From Callorhinchus milii (lineage: Eukaryota): 64,000 nt of DNA. The stretch spans positions 13,268,001 to 13,332,000 of the forward strand of contig NW_024704758.1 in assembly GCF_018977255.1 (NCBI RefSeq). Reading direction: 5' to 3'. Within the stretch, counting starts at the first letter, position 1, and each line of letters starts with the position of its first letter. A program made the translations under genes and the position numbers. Below are positions 39,334 through 52,539 of this stretch, piece after piece. The notes beneath the pieces are model-generated. The model was not told where the DNA came from, did not search any database, and saw only the letters and a list, made by a program, of their open reading frames with translations.

Positions 39334-40319
39334 CCACAAACTTAAACTTGTGTTCTTCCTTAATTTTATTTTATATTATTCCCAAGTCTTTGGGTGCGTA
39401 TAAAAGTCTTCCCACCTGCGTTGCGGATACAGTCAGTCTCGGTTGTTTAAGCCCACGTTGCTTAATTAATCAGGTTAATGAAGTGCATGGCTTTATCTTA
39501 TATCGTTTAACATTAATCAATTAATTAAATAATCAACTAATGAATTAATTGCAATAATTAACATTGATTAATTAATGGATACCAATCAGCGCTGCTGCTG
39601 ACGGATGACAGCACCCATTTTCATCAAACCACAAGCCTAAAGCAATTGGGGTTTTTTTTGGGTGGGGGTTGGTTTGCCTTGTGTTTGGTCAGTGGATTGG
39701 ATGAAGACATTGGGATGGATGGCCCTGGTCCTGATGTAGTTGTACCAGCTCCAGCCACTCTCTCTCTCCTGGTCTGATATTGTTTCCAGTTCTCTTGTCA
39801 CTCACTGAGTTTCTTTCTTTCTTTCTCTCTCTCTCTCTCTGTCACTTCTATCCCAGATCCACTTCAATACCCGGAGATGACCTCCTTTTTTTGGGGTAGA
39901 GGTCTCACACTCTCTTATTTTAGATCGTGAGATTCTTTCCACGTGTTTAACTGTCTCTGAAAGGGGTGTCGTCTGCCCCGAGGAAAATTAGGAAGTGCCC
40001 AACGTCGAGAAGATAACTTGGTATTTTTCCTGATGATGGGAGGTTCAGGTCAGGGACCAGAAGGGCATCCAATGATATGGCGAATTGTTTCAAAATCGGT
40101 GTAAAATCGTCACTGTAAATTGAATAACATCCGCAGTGATTAATACTATTACAGTGAAACGATGAACAAAATATATATATATATGAAGAGAGAGAGATGG
40201 GGCCGCGTAATAGGTTCGGTTGTATCGAATAATGTTTATTTATAGACACCCTTACATAATGGGAATTGATACTATATAAACCAGAACATGTGGAGGCTGA
40301 GTCCAGAGCTGCTTATGAT

Positions 40320-41160
40320 GTGTATATACAGCAGCGCAACGTGGGCTAACATGCGCACAGCGGTGGGATAACCTTTCAGCCCAAACTGTGCGAAACAGTC
40401 GGTGTGACTTGTAGGGTTCCCGAGAGCCAAACCAGAGCTTATTTTGTGGCCACAGACGAGATCAAACGGCCCCTGTTTGAGAAAGGTGAAGTGTTGGGGT
40501 TTGTCCGCTCCTCGGCATCTCCGAATGCCCCAATATATCCATTTGCCAATTCAACTTTTGACTTAAACTGCGCCAAAACGCCTCAAAAACCACCACACGC
40601 TCGACCGAGGCACTCGGTGAATGGGACCTGAAGCAGTGATGGCTGGAGGGGTAAGTCCCAGTCACTCGGTGGGCACTTCTAACCATTCATTGGTGAGCGT
40701 TTAGTTCGTGCCTCTCCCCCACAAACACAGTTCCAACACAGTTTAGACTCCAGAGGACACCTGGAGGGTACCTGGGCTTTGCTCGGGCGAGAGAGGGAAC
40801 TCTCTGATGGGTTCATTTGTCTCCTGAAAGTTCTCAGTGATGGGACTGGCGACAGGACACGATGGAAACGCGTGAAAGGTTCGTTTTGTGTACACAAGAA
40901 CAGCCCCTAAAAAGGGAAATCGCTGTTTCCTGTCATCAGTTCGTTCACTGCTGCCAAACACTGCAGGACTGAGCAGAGGTGAGGACATGGACAGGAATGG
41001 TCTGGAATTACCCAAAGTTTGTCACCGCGAAGCGATGGGTAAATGTAAGTGCATTTCACCACTCTCTCTCTCTCTCTCTCCTGGTAAACCTGTAACTCGC
41101 TGTGGGATTGGGCTCTGCACCAAAACACCGCAATTTGCCACCAAAACACAGAGGTGGCGA
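40320..41160 (+). promoter_or_regulatory. CpG-enriched region, likely distal promoter of the ANO1-like gene
   Basis: Visible CpG excess against a CpG-poor background; surrounds the candidate exon 0. Confidence 0.45.
40987..41044 (+). CDS. Candidate upstream coding exon ('exon 0') of the ANO1-like gene (MDRNGLELPKVCHREAMGK)
   Basis: gacATGG start in a CpG-rich region; two phase-1 donors (G|gtaaat at 41038, T|gtaagt at 41044) match the phase-1 acceptor at 46451, whose frame is open into the conserved ANO1 N-terminus. Confidence 0.5.
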
Positions 41161-41350
41161 ATTGAAAACTTTGACTCGGTGCAAATATTGAATCTATTTT
41201 AATAGCTGTGTCTATATGTGTGTGTGTGTGTGTTTTTTTAAAAAAAAGACACTTAAGAGGTGAACTTCTGTTGGGTGGGCTGTTGGCAGTCAAAATCATC
41301 AACATTCCCACTTTAATAAGTACCTGTTCAGTGAAAGAGCACAAGGGCAG

Positions 41351-41382
<32 letters not shown>

Positions 41383-42510
41383 CTTCTCCACTCACCTTAA
41401 ATAAACCCTGTTTGTTCATTTGATGTATTTAACAGAGAGATGGCATGTAATCCAAACTGAGAACCCAGAGACCTGAGCGACTATTTCTGCATCAGTCGAG
41501 TCAGCGAGACCCAGGAATGCCCTAAAGTGTTCCTAACATTGGGCATGTGCTAACCTCCAGATCCGCGCATAAACCATCCATCTGTGTGGTGTATGTATGT
41601 GTGTGATTTTGCCCCTTTCACTGATTTCCCCCCTCGACATTTTTAAAAAAAAATCTAACACTCAATTCACGACCACAGATTTAAAAATACAACTGTTCAC
41701 CGCCCTCCAAACATATGGAACTGTTCAGTAAGTTCGTTTCAAGTCCAACCGTGCCAAATCAAACCCCTAGTCGAGATTGAAAAAGGATATCTGGGAATCT
41801 AATACTTCTTTTGAGGTGTCAGCCGGGTGGGTAGGGTGTCTGTCTGACTGATGTGGAAACTCCTCACCATGGGTAAGAGTGTCCACAGCAAGTCAAGAGT
41901 TGCAAACGTATAACATGGTCAATTAGGTTTAAATTAGCCTAATTGCTGTTAACCGCACACAAAAAAAAATGTGTGCAACATCCTGCAAAGTGTGTGACAA
42001 CCATATAGGTAGTTTGAATAGTATTTAGAGAGTTATGAGTTTCCTGAGGACATTTGTGACTTGTACTCAATCTGTATATTTTTAAAAAGAATGAATGAGC
42101 TGGAAACCGACTTGTCGTCTTGCAAATCGTTTTGCTTTCATTCCCACGAAGACTGTGAGAGAGGGGGGGGGGAGAGAATCGATGTCTGCTTATTTCAGCT
42201 GCCAAACATGACTTGGATTGCAGCCCGAATTCAAAAGACACACTGGACACATGAAAACTGGAGTCGGCAAAGAGAGAGAGAGAGAGAGAGGCGACGCGTC
42301 TCCTGGAGCAGAGAAGGAAAGTGACTTGACACACACCAGCTGTGAGGTTTTACTGAGGATTCATCAAATCGCCTTCCCAATTGCTCCCGAGTTGAGTGAA
42401 TGCGAATGGGGAGAGTGTAGGGGGAGATTTTAAGACAGTAGTGGTCGACAGTGTGAACCCCAGTGATGGCCCGTTATCGCGTTTGGAACGCAACATAATC
42501 TACAAGTTGA

Positions 42511-42544
<34 letters not shown>

Positions 42545-45500
42545 GCACTCAGTGATTGACATTCTGGAGCTCTAACCCTGATCCGTGTTATTTACTCTCT
42601 CTCTCACTCTCACTCTGGAGTTGTTCCCGTGCTGTTTTTTTGCCTGTTCCCCCCCCCAAAAAAAAAAAAACAGTGCGGAAAATTACAGTGACTTGGGGCT
42701 GAGATCAAGGATTGGGACTTCAGCTCTGGACTCCACTTTGGAAATTATTACAGGAACCGTTACAACCCACTGCAATATTACATTGCAAGCGACGAGAAGC
42801 ATCCAGGACCGCCTTCGGGTGGACTCCCCTCCAGTTTCTCGGGTGTCCCGGTGCGTTTATCTTTAGTAACATCAACAGTCACATCAAACAGCAGCAGCAA
42901 ATCTGGCAATCGACATCAGAGTCGTTTTCCCCTTCTGCACAGAGCTCTCCCCGCACCTCTCCGGGCCAATGTGATTCAGGGTGGAAACCAGCTGCTCAGC
43001 TTCCCCACAAGTAATGGCTTTACTGCTGGAAAACCGCGTCGCTTTTGCTTTGCATCCGCACCGTACAAACCCCCCGCAAAGGGTTTCCTCGAATTTCGGG
43101 TATCCATCAGAGTTTGTGCTTCTTTTATCGCAGCTCTGTAGCTTCTCAGGGAGCCCACCTGCACTGGGCAGCGTTTGAGATTCTGCTCTGAGGTGTGTAC
43201 TCTCACGCTTTTGTTGATGACCAGAGATCCCCCCCACCCCACCCTCTCTCTCCCCCTCTCTCTCTCCCCCCCCCCTCTCTCTCTCTCTCATGCCTGAATA
43301 CAAGTACTGTCTTGGGGGAGTCTGTCCTCCACTGTTGTCGTGTCCCGCCCTTCCAAATCGAGCTTTAAACAGTGTGATCTGAAATACTCCCTTCATTTGA
43401 CGTGACTCAATACCAGAGTGGCTCTGGGCTGATGTCACTGTGCTGCTGGTGAGATGAACTTGTCTTTTCTAATTTACAAAAAAAGGGGGCAATGTGTTGA
43501 GTGCTGACTGCAACATCTAGTTTCTCTATTGGGGTATTCGCTTTGTTTATTTGGATGGTTTAAGGCCGATATATAGATAGATACCCAGTGCTGTACACCG
43601 AATTAATAATTCGTAGTCTCCAGTTCTGAATTTGTCTGACTCTTTATATAACCCTGCAACTTTTCTAGTGTGTATTTATTCTGGGTCTCGTTCGCTGCTG
43701 TTTGCAGGATAGATTACTGGGCAGATTCGGGATCAGCAGAAAGCATAATTTTGCCTGCACCGACTGCGCCCTGTCACAGGAAACAGCAGCCTATTCCACA
43801 GCCTTGGATCTGAATTGTTTGTTTAGCGATTGATATTGTCTGTTATTTCTAACCGGATAATTTACTGCGGATGATTCCGAGCAAATGTAATTGGAGTGCC
43901 AGCTCGGTCCTTGTGATCTAAATCCATGGCAATGGTTTGCAATTTACCTTTTTTTTTTACCCCCCCCCCCAAAAACTTAATTTAGAAAGATCCATGTGGA
44001 CATTGCCCTATTGTTTGACATTTATGCTCTTGTGAACATCAGAGGAAGGTGATGCTTTAGAAACAAGTGACACTGTTGCGTTTTGTGCTTTGTAAATCGG
44101 TTGAACATGAATTAGAGCATCTAATACATCTCACACTAATTTCAATGAGGCATCAGTGCTGTACACAGAAATTGCTGTAAAGTAATTGACAAGAACACGT
44201 GAGAATTATAGGACATCTGTGGGATTAATAGTGCAGTCGGATCCAGAAGAGTTTCAAATTACATTTCCATAAATATCAAGAGTCATCTCATTCTGCCTTA
44301 TCTCAACAAAATCACTGCACATATATTGTCCAAGTTCACAAAAAATAGCTCCACTTTGTTACACAACACCCGAACAGGTTAGTTACAAAAAGTAGGAACT
44401 GAAATGATTGTAATATCATAATTAATACTGTAATTGTAATTTTTGTTTCAATAATCCTAGACACCATTCAGAGTATGGAAGCCGGTTTGCACAAACAACA
44501 CAAGAATGTTTTGGATGGATGTAGGGCACAGTCAAAAAAAAATAACTTTAACATATATACTACAGAAATAGATCCCTTGACTAAATTAATATTGAACTGT
44601 TGCAAGTTTTGTTTCTAAAACATTTAGCTATAAACGGCAAATTCAGGACAGACACCAGGAAATATTTCTTTACAAGGATCTTCATTTTTTTTTCTTTTGC
44701 TAATGTTTGCGTATCTATATTTCTCCTTTGGTCTACCAAAGTTGGTGACCCATGGTAGGGTATAGTTCCACAGGTCCTATCAACACTCTGGTAATTATCC
44801 TAGCAATCATTGCTCATTTGTATGACTGGACAGTGATAGTCCATGTGTTAGTCTACATAGGGAACAGAGTGGACAGGATCAGGGACTTGCAGACCTGATC
44901 CTGTCCACCTCTCCTGAATCATGTTAGGCCAATATATTTTTATTCTGCTCAATCCAGGAAAGCTGGGTTCATTTGCTTCCCTGATTGGAATCAGATAATG
45001 GCACAAAATCAGGGATGAAACCTGCCCTCGTTCAGTATCACAACATGAATTGCACATCCACACTTCACGCGAAAGAGAGTCGAGCCTGACGTGACTTTTT
45101 CAAAAATAAATATTGAGGCACTCCTCGCTTTATTTTGGTCTGCGCTAAATTGTGAAACGTCTGCACAGGGAGGTTTAAAGAGCACTTGGTGGGGTCCCTC
45201 TAGGTTTGATATTTATCCAGTGCGGAACCTGATCAGATAACAGAAGTAACAAAGTTGTGATATGATGACACCAGTTCCCACTTGTTGAATAATACATATC
45301 CAAGGGGGATTCCAGTCCGGTTTTGTTTATACAATGACTCAGCCATGCTTTTTCAAGATAGTTTTACAATTCTTTTTTTAGTTCGGTATAGTGGTGAGAA
45401 GCCTGGGAGTCTGTGTGGAAGGTCCAGTGATGGTTCATTTATCCATTGTTTTATGTCTTGCTGCCATGCAACAGTATGGGTACAGGGACTCAAAACACTA

Positions 45501-46450
45501 TAACTGTGTCCGCCAAGCATTTTAATTCGTTTTCTGCATGGAAGCCCATAACCTAGGATTACAACTGCGCATCTGGAGATTTGAGATATGATATAAATAG
45601 GATACACAGTGAAACTAGCTGATTTCTTCTCAATTTTATATGATACTTTTCCATGTGTTGGGCTTGAGATTTTGTTTTTTTTTAAAAAAAAAGGATGTTT
45701 CATTGAGTTGCTTGTTTGATGGAAAATTTAATGAAGAGGAATACGCCATGAAGTCTGACAAACCGGTAATAAACTGTCTGACTTAGAGGCTCTCTTTAAC
45801 TTGACACCATTAAAAGATAACATTCATCAGTGCAGTAAAGTTGGCAGATGGGCATCTGCTGCAGCAAGGGTTGTATCACAACGTACATTATAAAACTGGT
45901 TACAGATTTTTAAAAAAATCATAATTGTTCTATTTAATTATGTGAAAGGAGCCTGGGATGACAATTAATTGGGGGGAGGGGGGTAGAGAAAATGCTTTCA
46001 GATTTATGTTTCCACTTTATTACAAATTAAGTATCATATAATAATAATCCTTGCATTTGATATAGCGCTTTTCACATTTTCTAGACGTCTCAAAGCACTT
46101 TACAGAATCTACTATAAAGTGAAATGACTGTATATTTGTGGGCAAATATGTCAGTTTAGCATGCAGAGTACGAGACTCATTATATTGCTTTACACAGCAT
46201 CTAAATCACATGAGCTGTCACACTACTTTGGGGAAAGAGAATATAAATGTATAATTGAGGCATCCAGAGTTTTGCTCCTGAGAACCATTTTGTAATGTAT
46301 CTGGAGTGTATTTATTGCACGGTTACATATTCAAGCAACTAGCAAACTTTTTTTTAGATTGGTTAGATACGGCAAAACTTTAACAAGATAGTTAATAAAA
46401 TAATAAGCCTTAGGTCTATGATTTCACTGTTTTCCTGATTCCTGTTTCAG

Positions 46451-46641
46451 ATACAATCAAGAGTGAGGGGAGCACAAACACTGCAGATCTTTCTGAACCT
46501 GAGGAGAAACTGCAAACATATGAGAATTGCACCATGTTGAGAAACGAGATGTACCACCCATTCCCCGGAGGTGAAAAAGGTGTCGATATTATCAATATCA
46601 AAGGAATCGAAGACATAGGATATCTCCACCGAGAATCTATT
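46451..46641 (+). CDS. ano1: Anoctamin-1-like exon containing the canonical start (ATG 46534: MLRNEMYHPFPGGEKGVDIINIKGIEDIGYLHRESI)
   Basis: 36 codons co-linear with human ANO1 MRVNEKYSTLPAEDRSVHIINICAIEDIGYLPSEGT; tttcag acceptor, gtaagt phase-0 donor. Orthology versus paralogy is unresolved. Confidence 0.88.
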
Positions 46642-46944
46642 GTAAGTGAATCAACATCTTGCTTTACCACATCGCTGACATCTTTGGCTGGCAGCTGAGA
46701 GCATTGCTTGCCAGATAATCAAATCGATGAAAAGACCTCATAAGTTGAGGCAGCGTTGCCCTAAACAATAAAGTTCTGATTATTCCCCAAGAGTTTGAGT
46801 AGTCTGCCTTCAATCTTGTGCAGGCAGCTCCAGTATACACCATTTGGTATCTGCTACTATTTCGGAAAAATATTGCTTCGTCTAATCCATCTCTGAGAAC
46901 CAGCTTACCAATAGTCACAAATATGGGTTGTTATCATATGGGTG

Positions 46945-47379
46945 TGTGTGAGCTTGGCTCAGTTGGTCTGATTCTCACCTCTGTGTCAAAAGGTTGGGAG
47001 TTGAAGTCCTGCTTGAGACTTAAGGACATTGTCCAGGCTGACATTCAGATTCAGTCGTAGGTAGGTAAGTGCTGAATTCTTGGAGGTGCTGGCCTTTGGA
47101 AAGATGTTAAACCAAGGTCCTGTCTGACTGTTCAAGTGGATGTTAAAGATCTTATGACACTTTGAAAAGAGAAGGGATTTTCTTCCAATGTTCTGGCCAA
47201 CAATCCTGTTGATAGTTTGGTAAATCACTTCTTGGATGCTTGTGGGACCTTGCTGCATGCAGATTGGCTGTTGTGCTTGGCTGCAAATAGTCACTACACT
47301 TGACAGCGATTACTTGTGAAGTACTTTGAGACATTTTGATGTTGGGCGCTACATCAAATGCAAGGATTATTATTATTAT
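46945..47379 (+). mobile_element. Deu-domain tRNA SINE
   Basis: Head GAGCTTGGCTCAGTTGG, core GATGTTAAACCAAGGTCCTGTCTG...GTGGATGTTAAAGATC, tail AAATGCAAGG(ATT)n. Confidence 0.8.
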
Positions 47380-48638
47380 GGAAGCCAGATACTCACAGGT
47401 CTATGAAAATAGTTTATTCATTGTTTGCTTTCGTGAACATTATTATAACAGTAATATTTACATTTTTATTTCTAAAACAGCACCAGTATAATACGCCAAC
47501 AAGCTGTGCTCACAAAGTGCCGAGGAACACTTTAACATTGCTTACAGTGAGAATGAAAAATACCCTTTGACTTCCAGCGCGGCACTTTTCTCGTACTGTA
47601 TTATGAGAGAGGCTCAGTGCCCAGATTACATTGTTTGCAGCAGGCTCCATTTTGCAGGGTCTTTTCCTTTGATCAGTAGCCAGCAATCCAATTCTTATAT
47701 AACCCAAAGGTTCAACACAAAGTACTTGTACCTACACAGTTGTCACTGAATATTGAAATCACAGATGATTCCACATTGGCACAGGGGATGGGACAGATGC
47801 TAATGGCAGCTGATGCTTCTGAGGATTCCTATTGCTGGACATTACGTACCTTACTTCTGTTGTTCACATCAGCTCATTTCTTTTACTATTGCAATCCATC
47901 CACCCACTAACCTGTTCTGTCAATAAGTATCTTCACATCACAAATGATGAATTTTCCAGATTAAAGGAATTCTCCAGGGTGAGCTTTAGATCAGCCTGCT
48001 CCAGAATTTTTACGAAAAGAATTCCTATTTTTGTTTTGCAAATTGAAACGATTGCTGTGGACTCCTTGGGATATCAAGTTATCTGTAGTTTACTTGTGAA
48101 TCAGAGTTGCTATTTCCTGTATATTTCCCGTAGTTGAGAGCCTGGAGCACTGAGGTATAATATCTCAAGATTTGTGTAACAACAACAAATTACATTTGTA
48201 TAGGCCCTTCATGCAACCCCACATTTGACTCCTATTGTATTCGCCTTCTGTGACAAAGTAGCTTTTGAGCCCTGCCAATAAAGTATATTTTCTGCAATAT
48301 GCAGAGGGAATCTCCAATTTTCAGATCTGATTTAAAAACTTCCAAGAAATGAAAGCAGTATTTGAAAGCACTCACTCAGCCAGTGAGAGACTGCATAGTA
48401 GATCAAGAAGCAGAGTTGGTCTGGGAGCATTTGAGGCAGCGGTCCTTTACACAAAATGCCTGTTTTTATCCCCTCTTTGTCTACAATGACTTATTTTTCC
48501 TGCTCCATATAATGGACCTTGCCTGTTCGCACCAGCCCAAAAGCCTGTATGAAAAACAAAAAATCGTTCATTTATGATAGAAACAAAAAAAGTCTGGTTA
48601 CTTAATCAATAACTGATTATTATTATTATTATAACTAT

Positions 48639-48958
48639 GGAGTCCTGTAGCTCAGTTGTTAGAGCACTCGCTTTGCAAGCGAGAGACCTGAGTTCAACTC
48701 CAGGCAGAGGGCGAAACCTTGGGCAAGTTTCCTTACTCCACACAGAGCCTAATAATAATCCCTCCAAAAACAAAAGAATAATAAATTGGTCATTTTCAAT
48801 CCACGACTGTTTGTGGGACATTGCTGTGCGCAATTGCCTGCCCCGTTCGCCCACAAATATACAGTCAATTCACTTTGCAGTATATTCTGTGAAGCGCTTT
48901 GGGACGTCTAGAAGACATGAAAAGCGCTATATCAAATACAAGGATTAGTATTAGTATT
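48639..48958 (+). mobile_element. Full-length tRNA-derived SINE, same subfamily as 11643
   Basis: Co-linear with the 11643 copy along its whole length; inserted beside an (ATT)n tract in an anoctamin intron. Confidence 0.92.
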
Positions 48959-49379
48959 AACTGTAGCAATCTTTTCTCTGTGTTTCTTTATTAAATGACC
49001 TGTTTAGCAATGTGTTGGCATGGTACATCAACATACATGTTCACTGGTCAATAAAGTGCTGGGACAGGACGGAACAGGGCGAAATATATTTCTTGTAACA
49101 TTGCTTGAGGCTAGTTAATTTTTATTTGATTTATATAGTAACTGCAATGTAAATACAGGATAGCGTCTTGGCTGCACAGTGAGGAGTTGGACCCCGAATA
49201 AGGAAGAAAGGGAGGTGGCCATAGGCACAGTCAGAGACGTAGGTTTTAAGGTGGAATTTCAAGATATGATTTTGAGGCCTTCAGAGGCAGGAAGGCTAGG
49301 TGCTTCCTATGGGGGAAGAGGAAATCAGCAAACAAGATGGCCAGGTAAATGCTGCTTTCAGGTGCCATCTAGTGACAAC

Positions 49380-49626
49380 TTCAGGTAGATGTTAAAGATC
49401 CCATGACACGAAGAGTGAAGGGTTTCTCCCGGTGACATGACTATCAACTCCTCCAATTATAAAAGCCACTTCATGGCTGTTTGTGGGACACTGATGTGTG
49501 CAAATTGGCTGCCGCATTCGCCTACACAATGTTCAGTCACAACACTTTGCAGTAAATCACGTGAAGCGCTTTGAGATGTCCTCCTGACATGAAAGGCGGT
49601 ACAACAAACACAAGGGTTGTTATTAT
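49380..49626 (+). mobile_element. Truncated Deu-domain SINE
   Basis: CAGGTAGATGTTAAAGATCCCATGACAC core followed by the family 3' region. Confidence 0.7.
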
Positions 49627-52539
49627 TCAGTTTCAGAGAGGTAAAGCCTACTTGAAAAGACTGAAGCTGTGCTTGTCAGCGTTATTCCCATTTATATTCA
49701 GAATGAATTGTGGAGAACTGATCTAGCTTTACCATATATGTGTCACAACTTCTCAAACCACTGGTAGAATTAAAGGCAGATATAATCCATATCTTTAAAA
49801 TGTAGAGAGCCATGGAGGGTATAAATGTAAGCAGGCGGTTTGACGTGGACTGCAAGAACAACAACAAACATCAACACCAAATTACATTTGTATAGCACCT
49901 TTCATGTTTGGAGAACATCCCAAGGTGCTTGACATTGAGGGATTTGAATGAAAACATGTAGTTTTATGCTTCACATAGGTAGAGTGCCTTCAGCTATTGT
50001 GCCCCTCACCTCTGGACCTCCCTGCCTCAATCCTGCCACGTCAATCCCTTTGATCGCGTCTATGGTCTTTCCACCTCCCTCTTCTCCTTTGCTTAGCATC
50101 TAGCCCGCCACTGTACATCCGAGACACTATCGTGTATGAAGGGTGACCTATTTTGTCCTCCTACCTCCACAAACCCCATCTTCCAGTAGGGTCCATGAAA
50201 CAGACTTTAGCATAAGCAATTAATATACTGATTAATTCCTTCAAAAAAGAACTGAATGAGTATCCATTTGGATACCTCCATTCCTGGAGGTAATCGGAGT
50301 AAATGTGGTCAGACAGAGAACTCATATTTCACAGGACAAGATGTTTTTCTTTATTGTTGACAGGTGGGAAGAGGGAGAGATGTGTCTGTGGAGGGTAGCT
50401 GGCTGGGTGGAATATTCTGGTATTGTTACTTGATTACCTTTGGGTGTCAGGGAGTATTTATGTAAAATTGTCTTCAGGAGGCAAAGCTCACTGCAGTACA
50501 AAAGGGGGTTACAGGCAAAGCCTGACCTCACCTCATGCAGCTGTCCCACACATGACCAGTGGTGGGTTCCTTAAAGGGACCAGGAGCAGGATCTCTGGCT
50601 GCTTTCCCCCCTCGTTAACACTGAGAACAGACGGGCCAATTGTGCAGTCCTGGCCAAGACCAGCACACTCAATGCGGATTCAAACCAATGCATTCCCAGT
50701 CCATAAGCTGCAGTTCTCTCCGTTAACCCATTGGAGCTACCCATATAAGGAGCTTTTAATCGGCTTCTAATTGTGTGCTTAATGATCCTGAAAGGGAAAG
50801 TCTTCTATTCCCCAGGGCTGAGAGTGGATGTTTTGGGAAGCATCAAGGAGAGGAGGTTAGAATACCCATTCTGTCGTTCTGTTGACTGTAGCCCATGCTC
50901 AATATGGAGGCCAGGTGGATGCCCAGAGAGGAGGGGTGGTGGGTGCTGCCCACAGCCCCTTTGTAAATCCCTGGCAGCTGCTGAATGAGATCACCCTGGG
51001 AGCAGGCGGTCAAATAATCACCCCTGGAGCGTGTAGCCACAAGGGAACATGTGCAGAAAGGGGGGAAAAAATGGTGCCTCTCCCTAACAGGAAGTTTTCA
51101 AACCTCCCTCAACAGAGGTTACCCAAGGTACAAACGTTCCGAGATGCTGCCCCACCTGAAGGGCGCTATATAAATGCAAGTTGTTGTATTAACCCTTTTG
51201 CTTCTGAAGGGAAACAACACATCGGTTATTAACCCCTCCCTCCCTTCTGTGCGCAATTGGCTGCCCATGTTTCACCCACAAAATATAGTCAACTCACTTG
51301 ACAGTGCATTCTGTCAAGCGCTTTGAGACTTCTCAACGATGTGATAAGGCGCAATGTCAACTGCAAGGATTATTATTAATAATTAATAATTAATAATAAT
51401 ACAAACTCACGGGGGCTCAGTGGCTTCTATCTGTGTTACAAACGGGGTGGGAGCGAGTAGGAAGTTCATTCGGATCATTAGAGCCCCTGAATAGAGCAAC
51501 TGCCTCCAGGTTAGTGTTTCCAACAAGAACCTATATCTCTGTGGATGTGGTGATCACCTGGTTCCTGGCATTGCAGTCCTGTCGGTCTGTGAAAGGCTTC
51601 AGTGGGCAGTGTTACTGCAGTGTGGGAGTGGAGACAGTAAAAATAATAGGGGGGTGGGGGTGTAGTTGGTACTTCTAACCCAGTGCCTCGTTGGTGGTGA
51701 ATACAGAGAAAACGAAAGACTGCAGTGAAATGACTTGGGCTCAGGGGGGATAACAGATGTTGATGTGAAGAATAACAGCATCAGGTGATGGGCGCTCCAG
51801 TACAGCATAACCTTGTTTTTTTTTCAAAAAAAAAGAGCAGACAACTCGGGGAAATAACACGTCTATTGCAAAGCAATGCAGTGTGTCTCGCAGTGGGTAA
51901 AACGGCTGAATCAGCATATCCTTCCCGATTGCTCTCACACCAACTTAGAACCAAAAAAAAACCAGACTGCAATAACACCAGCGATGGGGAGCGAATCTTC
52001 TTAAAGCAACTTGGAGAGCTTGTCAATTGACTTTGATTTTTATAATTAAAAAAAAGCCTGGGTGGGGGTGGGGGGGGGGGGGGTGGAGGAGGTGGAGGAG
52101 GAGGTAACGAGGTGCTCAGCTGTGTTTGTGATCTGTGCAGTGGAAAAGCACAGTTTACCAGCAAAGGATTCTTCCTCCCTCCCTCTCGAGAGAGAGAGAC
52201 AGAGAGGGAAAGAGAAGTGTAATGTAATTTGCTGTGTTGAAGTGGGTGGGCGCTGAATTGCACAGATGCTAATTGTGCAGTTTAATTGCCAGTTTGGTTG
52301 CTGCTGCGGATCTGTTTGCACCTTCTTTTGCGCACTAGTGTGTGTGTGTGTACTGCACACACAGTCTTGGAGCTGGGAATACCGAGCTATGTTCCCAAGC
52401 ACCAGCCACTGACTGAGTGAGTGAAGTGAAGTGAGTGGTACCGGGATTCAGTTTTGATCTAATATTAGATTGTGCTGGGACCAGCCTCGGCTTCTCAAGT
52501 AACCCATGTGAAAAGGATTCTTCCTCAACTCGTCAGCCA

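Noticed and set aside
42884-43438. 184-aa minus-strand ORF and other overlapping ORFs at 40.4-43.4 kb
   Set aside because: They run through microsatellites and GC-rich promoter-like DNA, with no homology or consistent splice structure.
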